Shown here piece after piece: positions 45,777-55,341 of a stretch of 64,000 nt of DNA. The position numbers and the translations under genes were made by a program. The notes beneath the pieces are model-generated. The model searched no databases, was not told the origin of the DNA, and saw nothing but the letters and a program-made list of their open reading frames with translations. The DNA is taken from contig CP097968.1 of assembly GCA_023703555.1 (NCBI GenBank), forward strand, positions 653,451-717,450. Direction: 5' to 3'. This DNA comes from SAR86 cluster bacterium. Its GTDB lineage: Bacteria; Pseudomonadota; Gammaproteobacteria; Magnimaribacterales; TMED112. The first letter of the stretch is position 1. The number at the start of each line of letters is the position of its first letter.

Positions 45777-47599
45777 ATCCTACGAATTGTTCCATAAAAA
45801 ATGGAGATCATCAAAAGAAAAGATGATACCCAAATCCATATCATTCCACTTTTTCTTGAGAAGGATATGGACCAAGATCCATCAGGAAAACGATCTCCAA
45901 GAACTATTAAATAATCATGAAATAATGTTGACTCAATAGAGGTTTCGGAAGTAATTTGTCCACCAACCTTATAGATTCTTTTCTCAGGCGCGAGATCAAA
46001 AACATCATCCACAAGAAATAAAGCCTTTACACCATCGAAATTACTCTCAGCTATTACATCAATCGAGTCAAACTTTAAGTTTGTCCCTATAGCACTAATA
46101 TTCTCGCCAGGAGAAATTCTTAAATCTAAGTTCTGCGAAAAATTATGATTAAAAATTACCGCGAAAGTTAAAATGACAACGGATATATGACCAAGAATTT
46201 TATGGGGCATTTTAATAGACTTTGTTTTCAATAGCTCAAAAAATGCTCGAGCCATGAGAGCGAGCAAAATTATGCCTGATATTACCAAGTAAGCGTAAAC
46301 ATCTTTCAAAATAAACTGTTGCACAATAAGACTTAAAATAATTATTAAGGCGGCAAAAACAATTAACTTACGAAATCCTTGTTTTAGAAATTGTTCCATC
46401 GTAAAAATTAATAAAAGAGCAATAACCAATGGTGATATGAGATTTGAAAAATAAGAGGGGCCTATACTTAGCTTATTGCTTGTAAAAGCCTCTAAAATTA
46501 TCGGATACAAGGTTCCTATAAGTACGATGAATAAAATCGACATCAAAATTATATTGTTAAGCAAAACAAGGTAATTTTTTGACATAAATTTCGGCCATGA
46601 AGTCTTCACAAGGTTTGATCTTGTAAAGAAAATATAAAAGGAAAGCACAGAGAAAATTGCAAATATCCCAAGCAGAAAAATTCCTCTAGTCGGATCTGCT
46701 GCAAAAGTATGCACACTATTAAGTATGCCAGACCGCACTACAAAAGAGCCGAAGATTGACAGTAAGAAAGTGATAATTCCGAGAAAAACCATCCAAATTT
46801 CTAAAGTTTTTTCTCTGCTAAATATCAAAGAATGTGTAAAGGCGGTGCCTGCAATCCAAGGCATTAGTGACACATTTTCTACTGGATCCCAAAACCAATA
46901 CCCTCCCCAACCAAGCTCATAATATGCCCAGATAGAACCAAGGAAAATTCCCATGGTAAGAGTGAACCATGATACTCCTGCCCAAATTTTCAGAGTATTG
47001 AAAATATCTTTTGTAAAGCCGTTAATTAATGCAGACAAAACAAAACTAAAAGTAGCAGCGTAAAACACATAACCAGTGAAAATTAATGGTGGATGAATAA
47101 CAAGCAAGGGATCTTGTAAGAGAGGATTTAAATCTGCGCCATTAAGCGGTGCCGGGTTTAATAGGTAAAAGGGATTGGATGAAGTTATTAAAAAGATCAA
47201 ATATAACACCAAAATACTAGAAACAACCTGATTAGAAATTACCAAATTTCTGGAAGGCACAAGAACCAAATTATTAATGTAGTTTGCAAGAGCCAGCAGC
47301 ATAATCATCAACAAAAATGAGCCTTCATGCGCTGACCATAGGGCTGAAACTTTATAAAAAGTCGGGAGCAAAAGGTTTGAATTCGATGCTACATAAAGGT
47401 AAGAAAAATTATCAGTAACAAATTGATAGCTCAGATAACAACAGGCTGAAAATAACCCAAAAAATATTACAAATGAAGTATTTTTATATGACTTAGTTGA
47501 GTTATCTCTAAAGCTTGATATGAGAGTATAAAATGCCCCCAGCAATGAACAGGTTAAAAAAGCATTACCAAAAAAATCGAAATTAATTGTTTCCATCAT
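45773..47599 (-). CDS. ccmF: Cytochrome c heme lyase subunit CcmF
   Basis: 608 aa, polytopic, with the WWD-type motif WGGYWFWDPVEN. Confidence 0.93.
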   Translation of the reverse strand: MMETINFDFFGNAFLTCSLLGAFYTLISSFRDNSTKSYKNTSFVIFFGLFSACCYLSYQFVTDNFSYLYVASNSNLLLPTFYKVSALWSAHEGSFLLMIMLLALANYINNLVLVPSRNLVISNQVVSSILVLYLIFLITSSNPFYLLNPAPLNGADLNPLLQDPLLVIHPPLIFTGYVFYAATFSFVLSALINGFTKDIFNTLKIWAGVSWFTLTMGIFLGSIWAYYELGWGGYWFWDPVENVSLMPWIAGTAFTHSLIFSREKTLEIWMVFLGIITFLLSIFGSFVVRSGILNSVHTFAADPTRGIFLLGIFAIFSVLSFYIFFTRSNLVKTSWPKFMSKNYLVLLNNIILMSILFIVLIGTLYPIILEAFTSNKLSIGPSYFSNLISPLVIALLLIFTMEQFLKQGFRKLIVFAALIIILSLIVQQFILKDVYAYLVISGIILLALMARAFFELLKTKSIKMPHKILGHISVVILTFAVIFNHNFSQNLDLRISPGENISAIGTNLKFDSIDVIAESNFDGVKALFLVDDVFDLAPEKRIYKVGGQITSETSIESTLFHDYLIVLGDRFPDGSWSISFSRKSGMIWIWVSSFLLMISIFYGTIRRI

Positions 47600-48002
47600 T
47601 TATCTCTATGGGCATATAGTTCTCATCATGTTTTGCTAACAACTCCTCCGCCATAAAAATATTTTTATTGCGATCAAGGTAACCGCGAGCAACGACACCG
47701 CTATTTTCTTTAAAAAGGTTGGGCAATATCCCCTCATATGAAACCATCATTTCATTTTCAAAATCCGTAATCATAAATGAAACTTCTAAATTTTGAACAT
47801 TCTTAAAAGAGTTTTCTTTCACCATTCCACCAAGACGAAATTTTCTTTCAGTATTGAAGTCTCCAGATTGTACTTGGGACGGTGTTAAATAAAAATCTAT
47901 ATTTTCTTGAAGCGCTTTCAAAATAAAAAATATTATGAACACCAGAGCCAAGGCAAAAGTTATTATGGTATAAATTCTTCTTCTTCTATTTTCTCGTATC
48001 AT
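47583..48002 (-). CDS. ccmE: Heme chaperone CcmE
   Basis: 139 aa. It has FRLGGMV, SYEGILPNLFKE and the heme-binding LAKHDENYMP. Confidence 0.93.
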   Translation of the reverse strand: MIRENRRRRIYTIITFALALVFIIFFILKALQENIDFYLTPSQVQSGDFNTERKFRLGGMVKENSFKNVQNLEVSFMITDFENEMMVSYEGILPNLFKENSGVVARGYLDRNKNIFMAEELLAKHDENYMPIEINDGNN

Positions 48003-48120
48003 GTTTTCTAAGAAATTTTTCTAGTTCACTTTTTTTATGTTGTATGGCAATAAAGTAGGTGAGAAGAACTGTGATAACAACGACAATATAGGAAGCATTT
48101 ACAAGCATTAAGTCATTCAT
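47986..48120 (-). CDS. ccmD: Heme exporter protein CcmD (small, found by manual translation)
   Basis: Manual translation gives MNDLMLVNASYIVVVITVLLTYFIAIQHKKSELEKFLRKHDTRK*, 44 aa with a single TM. The ATG overlaps the ccmC stop (ATGAATGA) and there is an alternative start at 48108. The 3' end overlaps the ccmE start. It occupies the canonical ccmC-D-E position. Confidence 0.7.
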   Translation of the reverse strand: MNDLMLVNASYIVVVITVLLTYFIAIQHKKSELEKFLRKHDTRK

Positions 48121-48847
48121 CTAATATCTCCCTGAGTCTTTTTGATCCTCTATCACGTTTAAGAATTTCTGACTGTACATTATTAGCAAATATACCGTAC
48201 GCCAAAAGCAGAAAAGAAAATAGCATCATTGGCAACAAGTAAAAGTACTCTGAATCTATAGAGGTGCCTGAAGTTGTGATGCTCGCTCCTTGATGAAGGG
48301 TGTTCCACCATTCAACTGAGAACTTAATAATCGGTATGTTTATTGCGCCTAAAACAGAAAAAATACTCATAATTTGATCTGCAGTCTGATAAGAGTTAAA
48401 CGAAGACCTTAAAACAAGTAGACCAATATACTGTAAGAACAAAATGAACGTTGATGTAATTCTGGCATCCCAAACCCAGAAAGTTCCCCATGTAGGCTTT
48501 CCCCAGAAAGAACCTGTTATCAATACAAGTGCAGTAAATATCAAACCAATTACAATTGCTGCATTCAATAAAATTACCGAAATTTTTGTCCTCCAAACTA
48601 AGTAAACAAAACCACACATTGCTAGAAACAAATAGACAAGTTCAGAAATAATTGCAGATGGAACATGAACAAAAATTATTCTAAAAGATTCGCCTTGTTG
48701 GAAATCTGGAGGTAGTTGGAATAAAGCCAAATAGATCAAAGGTAGCAAAAGTACTACGCCAGATATAAAAGCTGCACCACTAGTGAATCTGCAGAAGTTA
48801 TAAACTTTGTCTAAAATCAAATACTTTGCAACATACTTATACATCAC
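48113..48847 (-). CDS. ccmC: Heme exporter protein CcmC
   Basis: 244 aa, polytopic, with the WWD motif WGTFWVWDARIT. Confidence 0.92.
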   Translation of the reverse strand: MMYKYVAKYLILDKVYNFCRFTSGAAFISGVVLLLPLIYLALFQLPPDFQQGESFRIIFVHVPSAIISELVYLFLAMCGFVYLVWRTKISVILLNAAIVIGLIFTALVLITGSFWGKPTWGTFWVWDARITSTFILFLQYIGLLVLRSSFNSYQTADQIMSIFSVLGAINIPIIKFSVEWWNTLHQGASITTSGTSIDSEYFYLLPMMLFSFLLLAYGIFANNVQSEILKRDRGSKRLREILDE

Positions 48848-49455
48848 TTCACCTGAATCCTTAAAATTTTAATTGTTAGATAATTACAAAAGACATCAGA
48901 AAAAATAAAATATGCTAGTAAAAAATAAAAATTCGCTAGTGAATACATTTCAAAGACATCTTTAATTAAAATTATGTAAGGAATAAGTAGTGGTAGCATT
49001 ATCAAAGCATTAAGAGCATTATTTTTTTTTAAAGAAATTGCACTTCCTAGCTGGAAAAAATTATTTAAGGTCATGGCCATGATCATGTAAGCAAAAAAAT
49101 AAGGCCAACTCATTTCAGCTGTGAAAAGCATCGATAGCAAACACATCGGAAGAAAAATTAAAAAAATTTGTGCCAAGTGCTTACTTAGAATATAAGACAA
49201 TAGGTCGTTGGATTCAGATACCCTTTTCTCTAGTATCCCAGTCCTATAATCATCTTGGAAAGCGCTTTCAGATACAATTAAAATTGTAAGAGTAGTTGCT
49301 ATTAAAACGTTTGCAAATATGAATAATTCCTCTAATTCAAGCACAATAAAAATAGCAAACAAAACCGCAAACACTGAGAGAGGTAAATAAATATTCTTAG
49401 GAAGCTTCAGGTGGTATAAGAACTCACGCTTCACACTTTTCGAGAGGCTTTTCAT
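48844..49455 (-). CDS. ccmB: Heme exporter permease CcmB
   Basis: 203 aa with about 6 TM segments. It sits between ccmA and ccmC with 4-nt overlaps. Confidence 0.8.
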   Translation of the reverse strand: MKSLSKSVKREFLYHLKLPKNIYLPLSVFAVLFAIFIVLELEELFIFANVLIATTLTILIVSESAFQDDYRTGILEKRVSESNDLLSYILSKHLAQIFLIFLPMCLLSMLFTAEMSWPYFFAYMIMAMTLNNFFQLGSAISLKKNNALNALIMLPLLIPYIILIKDVFEMYSLANFYFLLAYFIFSDVFCNYLTIKILRIQVK

Positions 49456-50009
49456 AAATTTAATTTTCTTGTTGCAGCTACACTATCCTGATTATTTGTA
49501 ATCACAACAAGGCCTCCTGTTTCTATGTGCGAAATAAATTGCTTGTTAATAGCATCGCATGAATCCTTATCAAGAGATGCAAATGGTTCATCCAAAATCC
49601 AATATCTCTTATTCGATTGAAATACCCTCATAATTGCAAATTTTCTTTTCTCCCCAAAAGACAAATTCAAACAATATTCATCAATTAGGTTTTGTATATT
49701 TAGTAATTTTGCGAGGCTAATGTCGCATTTTAAGTTATCAAGATTAAAATTTTCTTGCATTGTTAGTTCTTCTACAAAAGCATTTTTGTGTCCGAGATAT
49801 GAAAGGTTTTTTTTGAAGTCTTTTGTAGTTTGTAGCGATGAATTATCAATAACTCTGCAGAGGATTTTTAAAAGTGTGGATTTACCAGAGCCATTTTTCC
49901 CTCGAATTTCAAGGAAATCACCATCTTTAAGTATAAAGGATTGGCTGTTGAGAATTTGTTTACCGTCTATGGAGTAACTTAGTTCTTTTGCTGAGCAAAT
50001 TGTAGTCAT
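49452..50009 (-). CDS. ccmA: Heme exporter ATP-binding protein CcmA
   Basis: 185 aa. It has the Walker A GKNGSGKST, an ABC signature-like LSFGEKR and the Walker B WILDEP. Confidence 0.88.
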   Translation of the reverse strand: MTTICSAKELSYSIDGKQILNSQSFILKDGDFLEIRGKNGSGKSTLLKILCRVIDNSSLQTTKDFKKNLSYLGHKNAFVEELTMQENFNLDNLKCDISLAKLLNIQNLIDEYCLNLSFGEKRKFAIMRVFQSNKRYWILDEPFASLDKDSCDAINKQFISHIETGGLVVITNNQDSVAATRKLNL

Positions 50010-50146
50010 ACTGGTTTTTTAGATATCTTTTCTGTAGCCTTATTTATAGTGTTTTTGGGTGAAAAAACAACGCGATTATTAAGATTGAAAATGGAACTAA
50101 AATTCATATAGTAATATTGTATCAGTATCGCTAAACTTAGATTATT

Positions 50147-51343
50147 ATGAGATTGTTTTATTTAATCCTCTTTGCCGGATCTCTTTTTGCAGAAAAATAC
50201 TATCCTAATGAGGTTTGGGAAACCAGAGAAGCTGAAGAAGTTAACCTAAATCAAGAAGCTGTTAACAAACTTTTTCAAATGACTTTTGAAGATCAGGCGA
50301 CAATGAGTGCAGTCTTGATTAAAGATGGCTATATAGTCGAAGAGCAATATGCTAATGGTTTTGATAAAAATTCTTTTGGAACCTCTTGGTCTACTGCAAA
50401 GAGTTTTTATGCAGCACTTATAGGCATTTCGCTGGATAAAGGTGAAATTAAAAGTTTAGATGACCATGTTGCTCATTATGTCGAGTCTTTTAATGACCAG
50501 TCGAAAAAAGATATCACAATAAGACAAATACTCAATATGACTAGTGGGCTTGAGTTCCCAAGTCATGAACATGAAATGATGTTCTTTGAAGAAGATCATC
50601 TGAAATATGCACTTGATGTAGGAGTTGAAAGCACTGCTGGAGAGAAATTTCAGTACAACAATGTAAACTCCATGCTAATGGGAGAAATACTCAAGAGTGC
50701 GACTGGAAAAACTGCAAAAGAGCTAATTGACGAGAGAATTTTCACAAAAATTGGCATCCAAAACTACACAGCCTGGGAAGACAGTGCTGGCAATACATTA
50801 ACCTACTGTTGTCTAGATATGTCAGCAAGAGATTATTCAAAATTTGGATTACTTTTTTCAAGGGATGGAAATTGGGATGGGGAACAGGTTATTTCAAAAG
50901 ACTATGTTGATCAGTCTCTGCAATTATATTGGGGAAGCACACCAAGCATGGGCTGGATGCACAGCGATACCAGAGGCTATAGCTTACAATGGTGGATTTC
51001 TAAATATGACGATGAAGCCAAAATTTATAATACAAGTGGTAAATTTGGACAATTTGTTTTTATAGACAAAGAAAGAGATATTATTTTTACAAGAATTACC
51101 AAATATTATCCAAGTGGAGGTGATGTTCAAAAGTTTGGGCCTTTGCGTTATTTAAAGTTTTTGGGGAGTGTTAATGCTGCTTTGGGTGTGTCAAGATTCC
51201 TATATGACATTGGTTTGATTAACTTCGAAGATGGTAGTGTTCAGACACCATACACACTAGCTAATGGAGAATCCAAAGAGTTCTATGAGAACTATGTGGA
51301 CATTGTTGAAGTTATGGCAAACCTAGAGAATGTTGAAAAGTAA
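50147..51343 (+). CDS. Serine hydrolase, beta-lactamase/transpeptidase-like family (copy 1)
   Basis: 398 aa with a signal peptide. It has the SxxK motif (STAK in SWSTAKSFY), a later YNN (Y-x-N) and LLNMTSGL. Confidence 0.8.
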   Translation: MRLFYLILFAGSLFAEKYYPNEVWETREAEEVNLNQEAVNKLFQMTFEDQATMSAVLIKDGYIVEEQYANGFDKNSFGTSWSTAKSFYAALIGISLDKGEIKSLDDHVAHYVESFNDQSKKDITIRQILNMTSGLEFPSHEHEMMFFEEDHLKYALDVGVESTAGEKFQYNNVNSMLMGEILKSATGKTAKELIDERIFTKIGIQNYTAWEDSAGNTLTYCCLDMSARDYSKFGLLFSRDGNWDGEQVISKDYVDQSLQLYWGSTPSMGWMHSDTRGYSLQWWISKYDDEAKIYNTSGKFGQFVFIDKERDIIFTRITKYYPSGGDVQKFGPLRYLKFLGSVNAALGVSRFLYDIGLINFEDGSVQTPYTLANGESKEFYENYVDIVEVMANLENVEK

Positions 51344-52496
51344 ATTTATATACCTCGTCCTGTTTGCTGCGTTTTTGTCGGGACAGGATATCAATAAAGC
51401 AACATTGGCTCAGCTAAATGAAATGATAATGGGGGATCCTGCAACCCAAGCATTAATCGTTTCTCACAGGGGAGAAATGGTGTTAGAAAATTATGGCGAG
51501 GGTAAGAGCTTCAAAGACTTTGTTACCTCACAATCTATTGCAAAAGCACTGTACGCATCTTTATTTGGTGTAGCTATAAAAAAAGGTTTAATTGATGATC
51601 TTGATCAACCTATAAGAAAATTCTTTCCATCTTGGGAAAACGACTATAGGGGAGATATTACAATTAGAAATCTACTGGAAATGAAATCTGGTTTGTACAG
51701 AACTGAATCTTGGAATGAAGAAATGTTTCTTTCGCGAGATAATCTTGCTTTTGCTATGAGTGTTGAGTTAGAAAATCAACCTGGAGAAATTTACAAATAT
51801 AATAATGTTAATACAGCACTTCTAGGGCCGATTATTCAGCAGATATTTGATGCATCACCACATGATGTTTTGATAAATGAAATTTTAAATCCTATTGGTG
51901 TAAGTGATTATGGGCTCTGGCAAGACCATACTTTAAGAGATGTTACTTTTCACGGTATTGATATGACGCCAAGAGACTTTGTTAAGTTTGGACAGTTAAT
52001 AGCTCAAGATGGAAACTGGAATGGCAAACAACTTATAGATGCAAACTATATTCGCAGTTCAACTCAACCGATTTCTAAGGGTGAGGGAGAATATTATGGT
52101 ATGCATTGGGCAGTAAGGAAGATGACAAAGGATAAAAAGTTACTTTGTATGGAGGGATTTAATGGGCAATACCTTTTTGTGATACCAGAAGATGAACTTG
52201 TGGTAGTGAAATTTACAAAATACTCACACAACAAAGATAATGGATATGTTATCAGTTTTGGTCCACTTGATTATGTTCTATGGCTTCCTTTTTCTTGGCT
52301 TAAGGCTATTGGTGAGGCCTTTGCGGGGGCAGAAGAGGAAGCACCTGCGAGTGATGAGAGTGGCGGGATAAATATGCCTGCGACTATGTCACAAAAGGAT
52401 AAATTTAATTGTCCAAATACTTCTACCGATAAATGCCCTCCTGTACAGAGAATTCAAAACTTAGTCTTCGGTCTAACCGAAGCTAGTCCCAATTAA
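51330..52496 (+). CDS. Serine hydrolase, beta-lactamase/transpeptidase-like family (copy 2, with acidic/Cys-Pro tail)
   Basis: 388 aa with a signal peptide. It has SxxK (SQSIAK), YNN and LLEMKSGL, collinear with copy 1. It overlaps copy 1 by 14 nt. It carries an extra C-terminal tail, EEEAPASDESGG...FNCPNTSTDKCPPV. Confidence 0.8.
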   Translation: MLKSKFIYLVLFAAFLSGQDINKATLAQLNEMIMGDPATQALIVSHRGEMVLENYGEGKSFKDFVTSQSIAKALYASLFGVAIKKGLIDDLDQPIRKFFPSWENDYRGDITIRNLLEMKSGLYRTESWNEEMFLSRDNLAFAMSVELENQPGEIYKYNNVNTALLGPIIQQIFDASPHDVLINEILNPIGVSDYGLWQDHTLRDVTFHGIDMTPRDFVKFGQLIAQDGNWNGKQLIDANYIRSSTQPISKGEGEYYGMHWAVRKMTKDKKLLCMEGFNGQYLFVIPEDELVVVKFTKYSHNKDNGYVISFGPLDYVLWLPFSWLKAIGEAFAGAEEEAPASDESGGINMPATMSQKDKFNCPNTSTDKCPPVQRIQNLVFGLTEASPN

Positions 52497-53508
52497 GAAC
52501 AACTTTGCCAGCTTTTCCTGCGTTAAGTAAGTCAAAACCTTCTTGAAAATCTTTATAAGAAAGGGTGTGGGTAATTATTTTTGATATATCCAATCCCGAT
52601 TCAATTAAAGCAATGGCCTTGTACCAGGTCTCGTAAATTTCTCTTCCGTAAATAGCTTTTATATTTAGTGCTTTAAATATAATCTGAGATAAATCAACTT
52701 TTATTTCTTCGCTTGGCAAACCTAAAAGAGCGATATCACCGCCCATAATCATACAATCAACCATATCTCGAAGCGCTTGCTCTGATCCCGACATCTCTAG
52801 ACCAACATCAAAACCTTCTTTCAGACCCATAGCTGTCATTTTTTGTTTTATTGGCATAGTGGAAACATTTAGAGTTTCAACATCACAAACCTTAGCTGCT
52901 AATTCCAAACGTTTTTGATTAATATCTGTTAGAAGAACTTTTTTTGCTCCAACATGTTCTGCAATTGCTGCAGACATTATGCCAATTGGGCCAGCACCAG
53001 TAATTAATACATCTTCTCCTACGAGATCAAAAGATAGTGTTGAATGAACTGCATTCCCAAATGGGTCTAAAATCGATGCGAGATTATCTTCAACAGAATC
53101 TGGTAGAGGCACTACATTTTTTTCTGGCACGACAACGAACTCAGCAAAAGCACCATCACGATCAACTCCAAGATTAATTGTATCTGGATCAAGATGTAAC
53201 TTTCCTGCTCGTGCATTTCGACTTTTTGTTCCAGCAATATGCGATTCTACTGAAACTCTCTGGCCTACCTTAAAATCTTTTACATTTTTTCCAACTTCAG
53301 CAACTTCACCCATGAACTCATGGCCAATTGTCATTGGTGTTTTAATTGTTTTTTGAGCCCATGCATCCCAATTCCAAATATGCAGATCTGTCCCACAAAT
53401 TGCAGTTCTTTTTACCTTTATTAAGATTTCATTATCTTGATAAGAAGGAATATCAACATCCATTAACGTCAAGCCAATAGTAGGTTTTTCTTTGACCAGT
53501 GCTTTCAT
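52483..53508 (-). CDS. tdh: L-threonine 3-dehydrogenase
   Basis: 341 aa. The N-terminus MKALVKEK...ILIKVKRTAICGTDLHIWNWDAWAQKTIKTPMTIGHEFMGEV closely parallels E. coli Tdh. Confidence 0.95.
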   Translation of the reverse strand: MKALVKEKPTIGLTLMDVDIPSYQDNEILIKVKRTAICGTDLHIWNWDAWAQKTIKTPMTIGHEFMGEVAEVGKNVKDFKVGQRVSVESHIAGTKSRNARAGKLHLDPDTINLGVDRDGAFAEFVVVPEKNVVPLPDSVEDNLASILDPFGNAVHSTLSFDLVGEDVLITGAGPIGIMSAAIAEHVGAKKVLLTDINQKRLELAAKVCDVETLNVSTMPIKQKMTAMGLKEGFDVGLEMSGSEQALRDMVDCMIMGGDIALLGLPSEEIKVDLSQIIFKALNIKAIYGREIYETWYKAIALIESGLDISKIITHTLSYKDFQEGFDLLNAGKAGKVVLNWD

Positions 53509-54698
53509 AATATATTCAATTCTTTACCAATTTTTTCAAAAGATTTTAAAGCGAAATCTAGTTGCTCTTTAGTATGTTCACTATTTATTTGTAATCTTAT
53601 ACGAGCTTGGCCCTCAGGGACGACGGGGAAAAAGAAACCAACTGCAAAGATACCCTCCTCTGTCAATCTTTTAGAAAATTTTTGTGCTAAATTTGCATCT
53701 CCTAACATCACTGGGATTATAGGATGCTCATCTCCTCTTAAGTTAAATCCAAGCGCCGTCATCTTATCTCTAAAATATCGGGCATTCTCAAAAATTCTCT
53801 TTCTCCTGTCAGGTTCTTGCTCAACAATTTCTAGCGCTTTTAAACTGGCTGCAACAATTGATGGTGAAAGCGCATTTGAAAAAAGATAAGGCCTAGATTT
53901 TTGTTTAAGTAATTCAACGACGTTTTTGCGAGCACATGTAAAACCTCCAGAAGCACCACCTAAGGCTTTTCCTAGTGTTCCAGTTAGAATGTCGACTTTT
54001 CCGAGCAAATCAAAATGCTCTGCAGTTCCTTTTCCGCCTTGCCCAACAAAACCTGTAGCATGACAATCGTCAAGCATGACAAGGGCATTATATTTTTCAG
54101 CTAGTTCAGTAATTTTATCAAGCTTTGCATAAGTTCCATCCATAGAGAAAACTCCATCACTCACAATAATTTTATTTCTTGCACTTTGCTCGTCTGCCCG
54201 CTGCAGCTGTAACTCTAAATCTGCCATATCGCTATGGTTGTACCTAAATCTTTTTGCTTTGCACAGCCTAATTCCGTCAATGAGTGAAGCATGATTTAAA
54301 GCATCACTGATGATAGCGTCTTCAGCTCCAAATAAAGGTTCAAATAGCCCTCCGTTGGCATCAAAACAAGCCACATAAAGAATGCAGTCTTCATAACCAA
54401 GAAAATCACTGAGTCTTTTTTCAAGTTCTCTGTGAAGACTATTTGTTCCACAAATAAATCGAACCGAAGCCATACCAAATCCTTTTTCATCAAGGCTTGC
54501 AGACGCAGTTTCAATAATCTCTTGATTGCTTGCTAGACCTAAATAATCATTGGCACAAAAATTTAACAAATTAGCTTGATTATCAAGCGTTACTTCTGTT
54601 CTTTGTGGAGACGCAATATTTTTTTCAGATTTATACAAACCCTTTGCTTTGAGTTTTGTTATCTCATTATCAATAGCACTGTAAAAACTTTCTTGCAC
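53505..54698 (-). CDS. kbl: Glycine C-acetyltransferase (2-amino-3-ketobutyrate CoA ligase)
   Basis: PLP-dependent alpha-oxoamine synthase with SMDG and GTLGKALGGASGG (PLP Lys). The track ORF extends to an alternative GTG at 54761. I prefer the GTG at 54698, which gives (M)QESFYSAIDNEITKLKAKGLYK. That aligns with the start of E. coli Kbl, yields 397 aa, and removes a head-to-head overlap with pdxH. Confidence 0.9.
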   Translation of the reverse strand: MQESFYSAIDNEITKLKAKGLYKSEKNIASPQRTEVTLDNQANLLNFCANDYLGLASNQEIIETASASLDEKGFGMASVRFICGTNSLHRELEKRLSDFLGYEDCILYVACFDANGGLFEPLFGAEDAIISDALNHASLIDGIRLCKAKRFRYNHSDMADLELQLQRADEQSARNKIIVSDGVFSMDGTYAKLDKITELAEKYNALVMLDDCHATGFVGQGGKGTAEHFDLLGKVDILTGTLGKALGGASGGFTCARKNVVELLKQKSRPYLFSNALSPSIVAASLKALEIVEQEPDRRKRIFENARYFRDKMTALGFNLRGDEHPIIPVMLGDANLAQKFSKRLTEEGIFAVGFFFPVVPEGQARIRLQINSEHTKEQLDFALKSFEKIGKELNIL

Positions 54699-54738
54699 AA
54701 TAGAATTATAATAAAAATCTCCTATACTTATTGAAAAA

Positions 54739-55341
54739 ATGCAATTTAAAAATCTCGACACAAGAAAACCCTTCCTTATCTTCCAAGAATATTATCTGGC
54801 TGCCGAGTCTGCGGGCCAGCCTCATGTCGAAGCAGGCTGTATTACTTCTGTGGATCAAGAGCATAAACCACATTCAAGATACGTAAATTTTAAATATCTT
54901 TTTGAAGATAGTATTATTTTCTTTTCAAACTACACCAGCAACAAGGCTAATGATTTTAAGAATAATGAAAGCGTTGCAGTTAATTTTTGGTGGCCAAGTA
55001 CGGATGTACAAGTCAGATTGGAAGGATCCATTTCAAAGTGTAGTGAAAATTTTTCTGATGAGCATTTTAACAGCAGGGAAATCGGAAAAAATGCTGCAGC
55101 AATTGCCTCAGATCAATCAAAACCAATAGAATCATATGAAATCTTACAAGCAAAATTTGAACAGGTGAAAGAAGCTATAAGCTCAGGGGAGATACAGCAT
55201 AACAGGCCTCCAGATTGGGGTGGTTATCAAATTAAAATTGCCTTTTTTGAATTTTGGGAGGCCAATGAAGAAAGATTGAATTACCGGGAATGCTACAAAT
55301 TAGAAAACGATGATTGGCGACGGTATTTTCTCCAATCCTAG
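54739..55341 (+). CDS. pdxH: Pyridoxamine 5'-phosphate oxidase
   Basis: 200 aa. It has R.V..K......IIFFSNY.S.K, HF.SR, WGGY.I....FEFWE....RL..R..Y, collinear with E. coli PdxH. Confidence 0.85.
   Translation: MQFKNLDTRKPFLIFQEYYLAAESAGQPHVEAGCITSVDQEHKPHSRYVNFKYLFEDSIIFFSNYTSNKANDFKNNESVAVNFWWPSTDVQVRLEGSISKCSENFSDEHFNSREIGKNAAAIASDQSKPIESYEILQAKFEQVKEAISSGEIQHNRPPDWGGYQIKIAFFEFWEANEERLNYRECYKLENDDWRRYFLQS

Noticed and set aside
54699-54761. Upstream GTG (54761) as the kbl start
   Set aside because: It would overlap the pdxH start head-to-head. It would also add 21 residues with no counterpart in Kbl. The downstream GTG at 54698 fits the homologue alignment.
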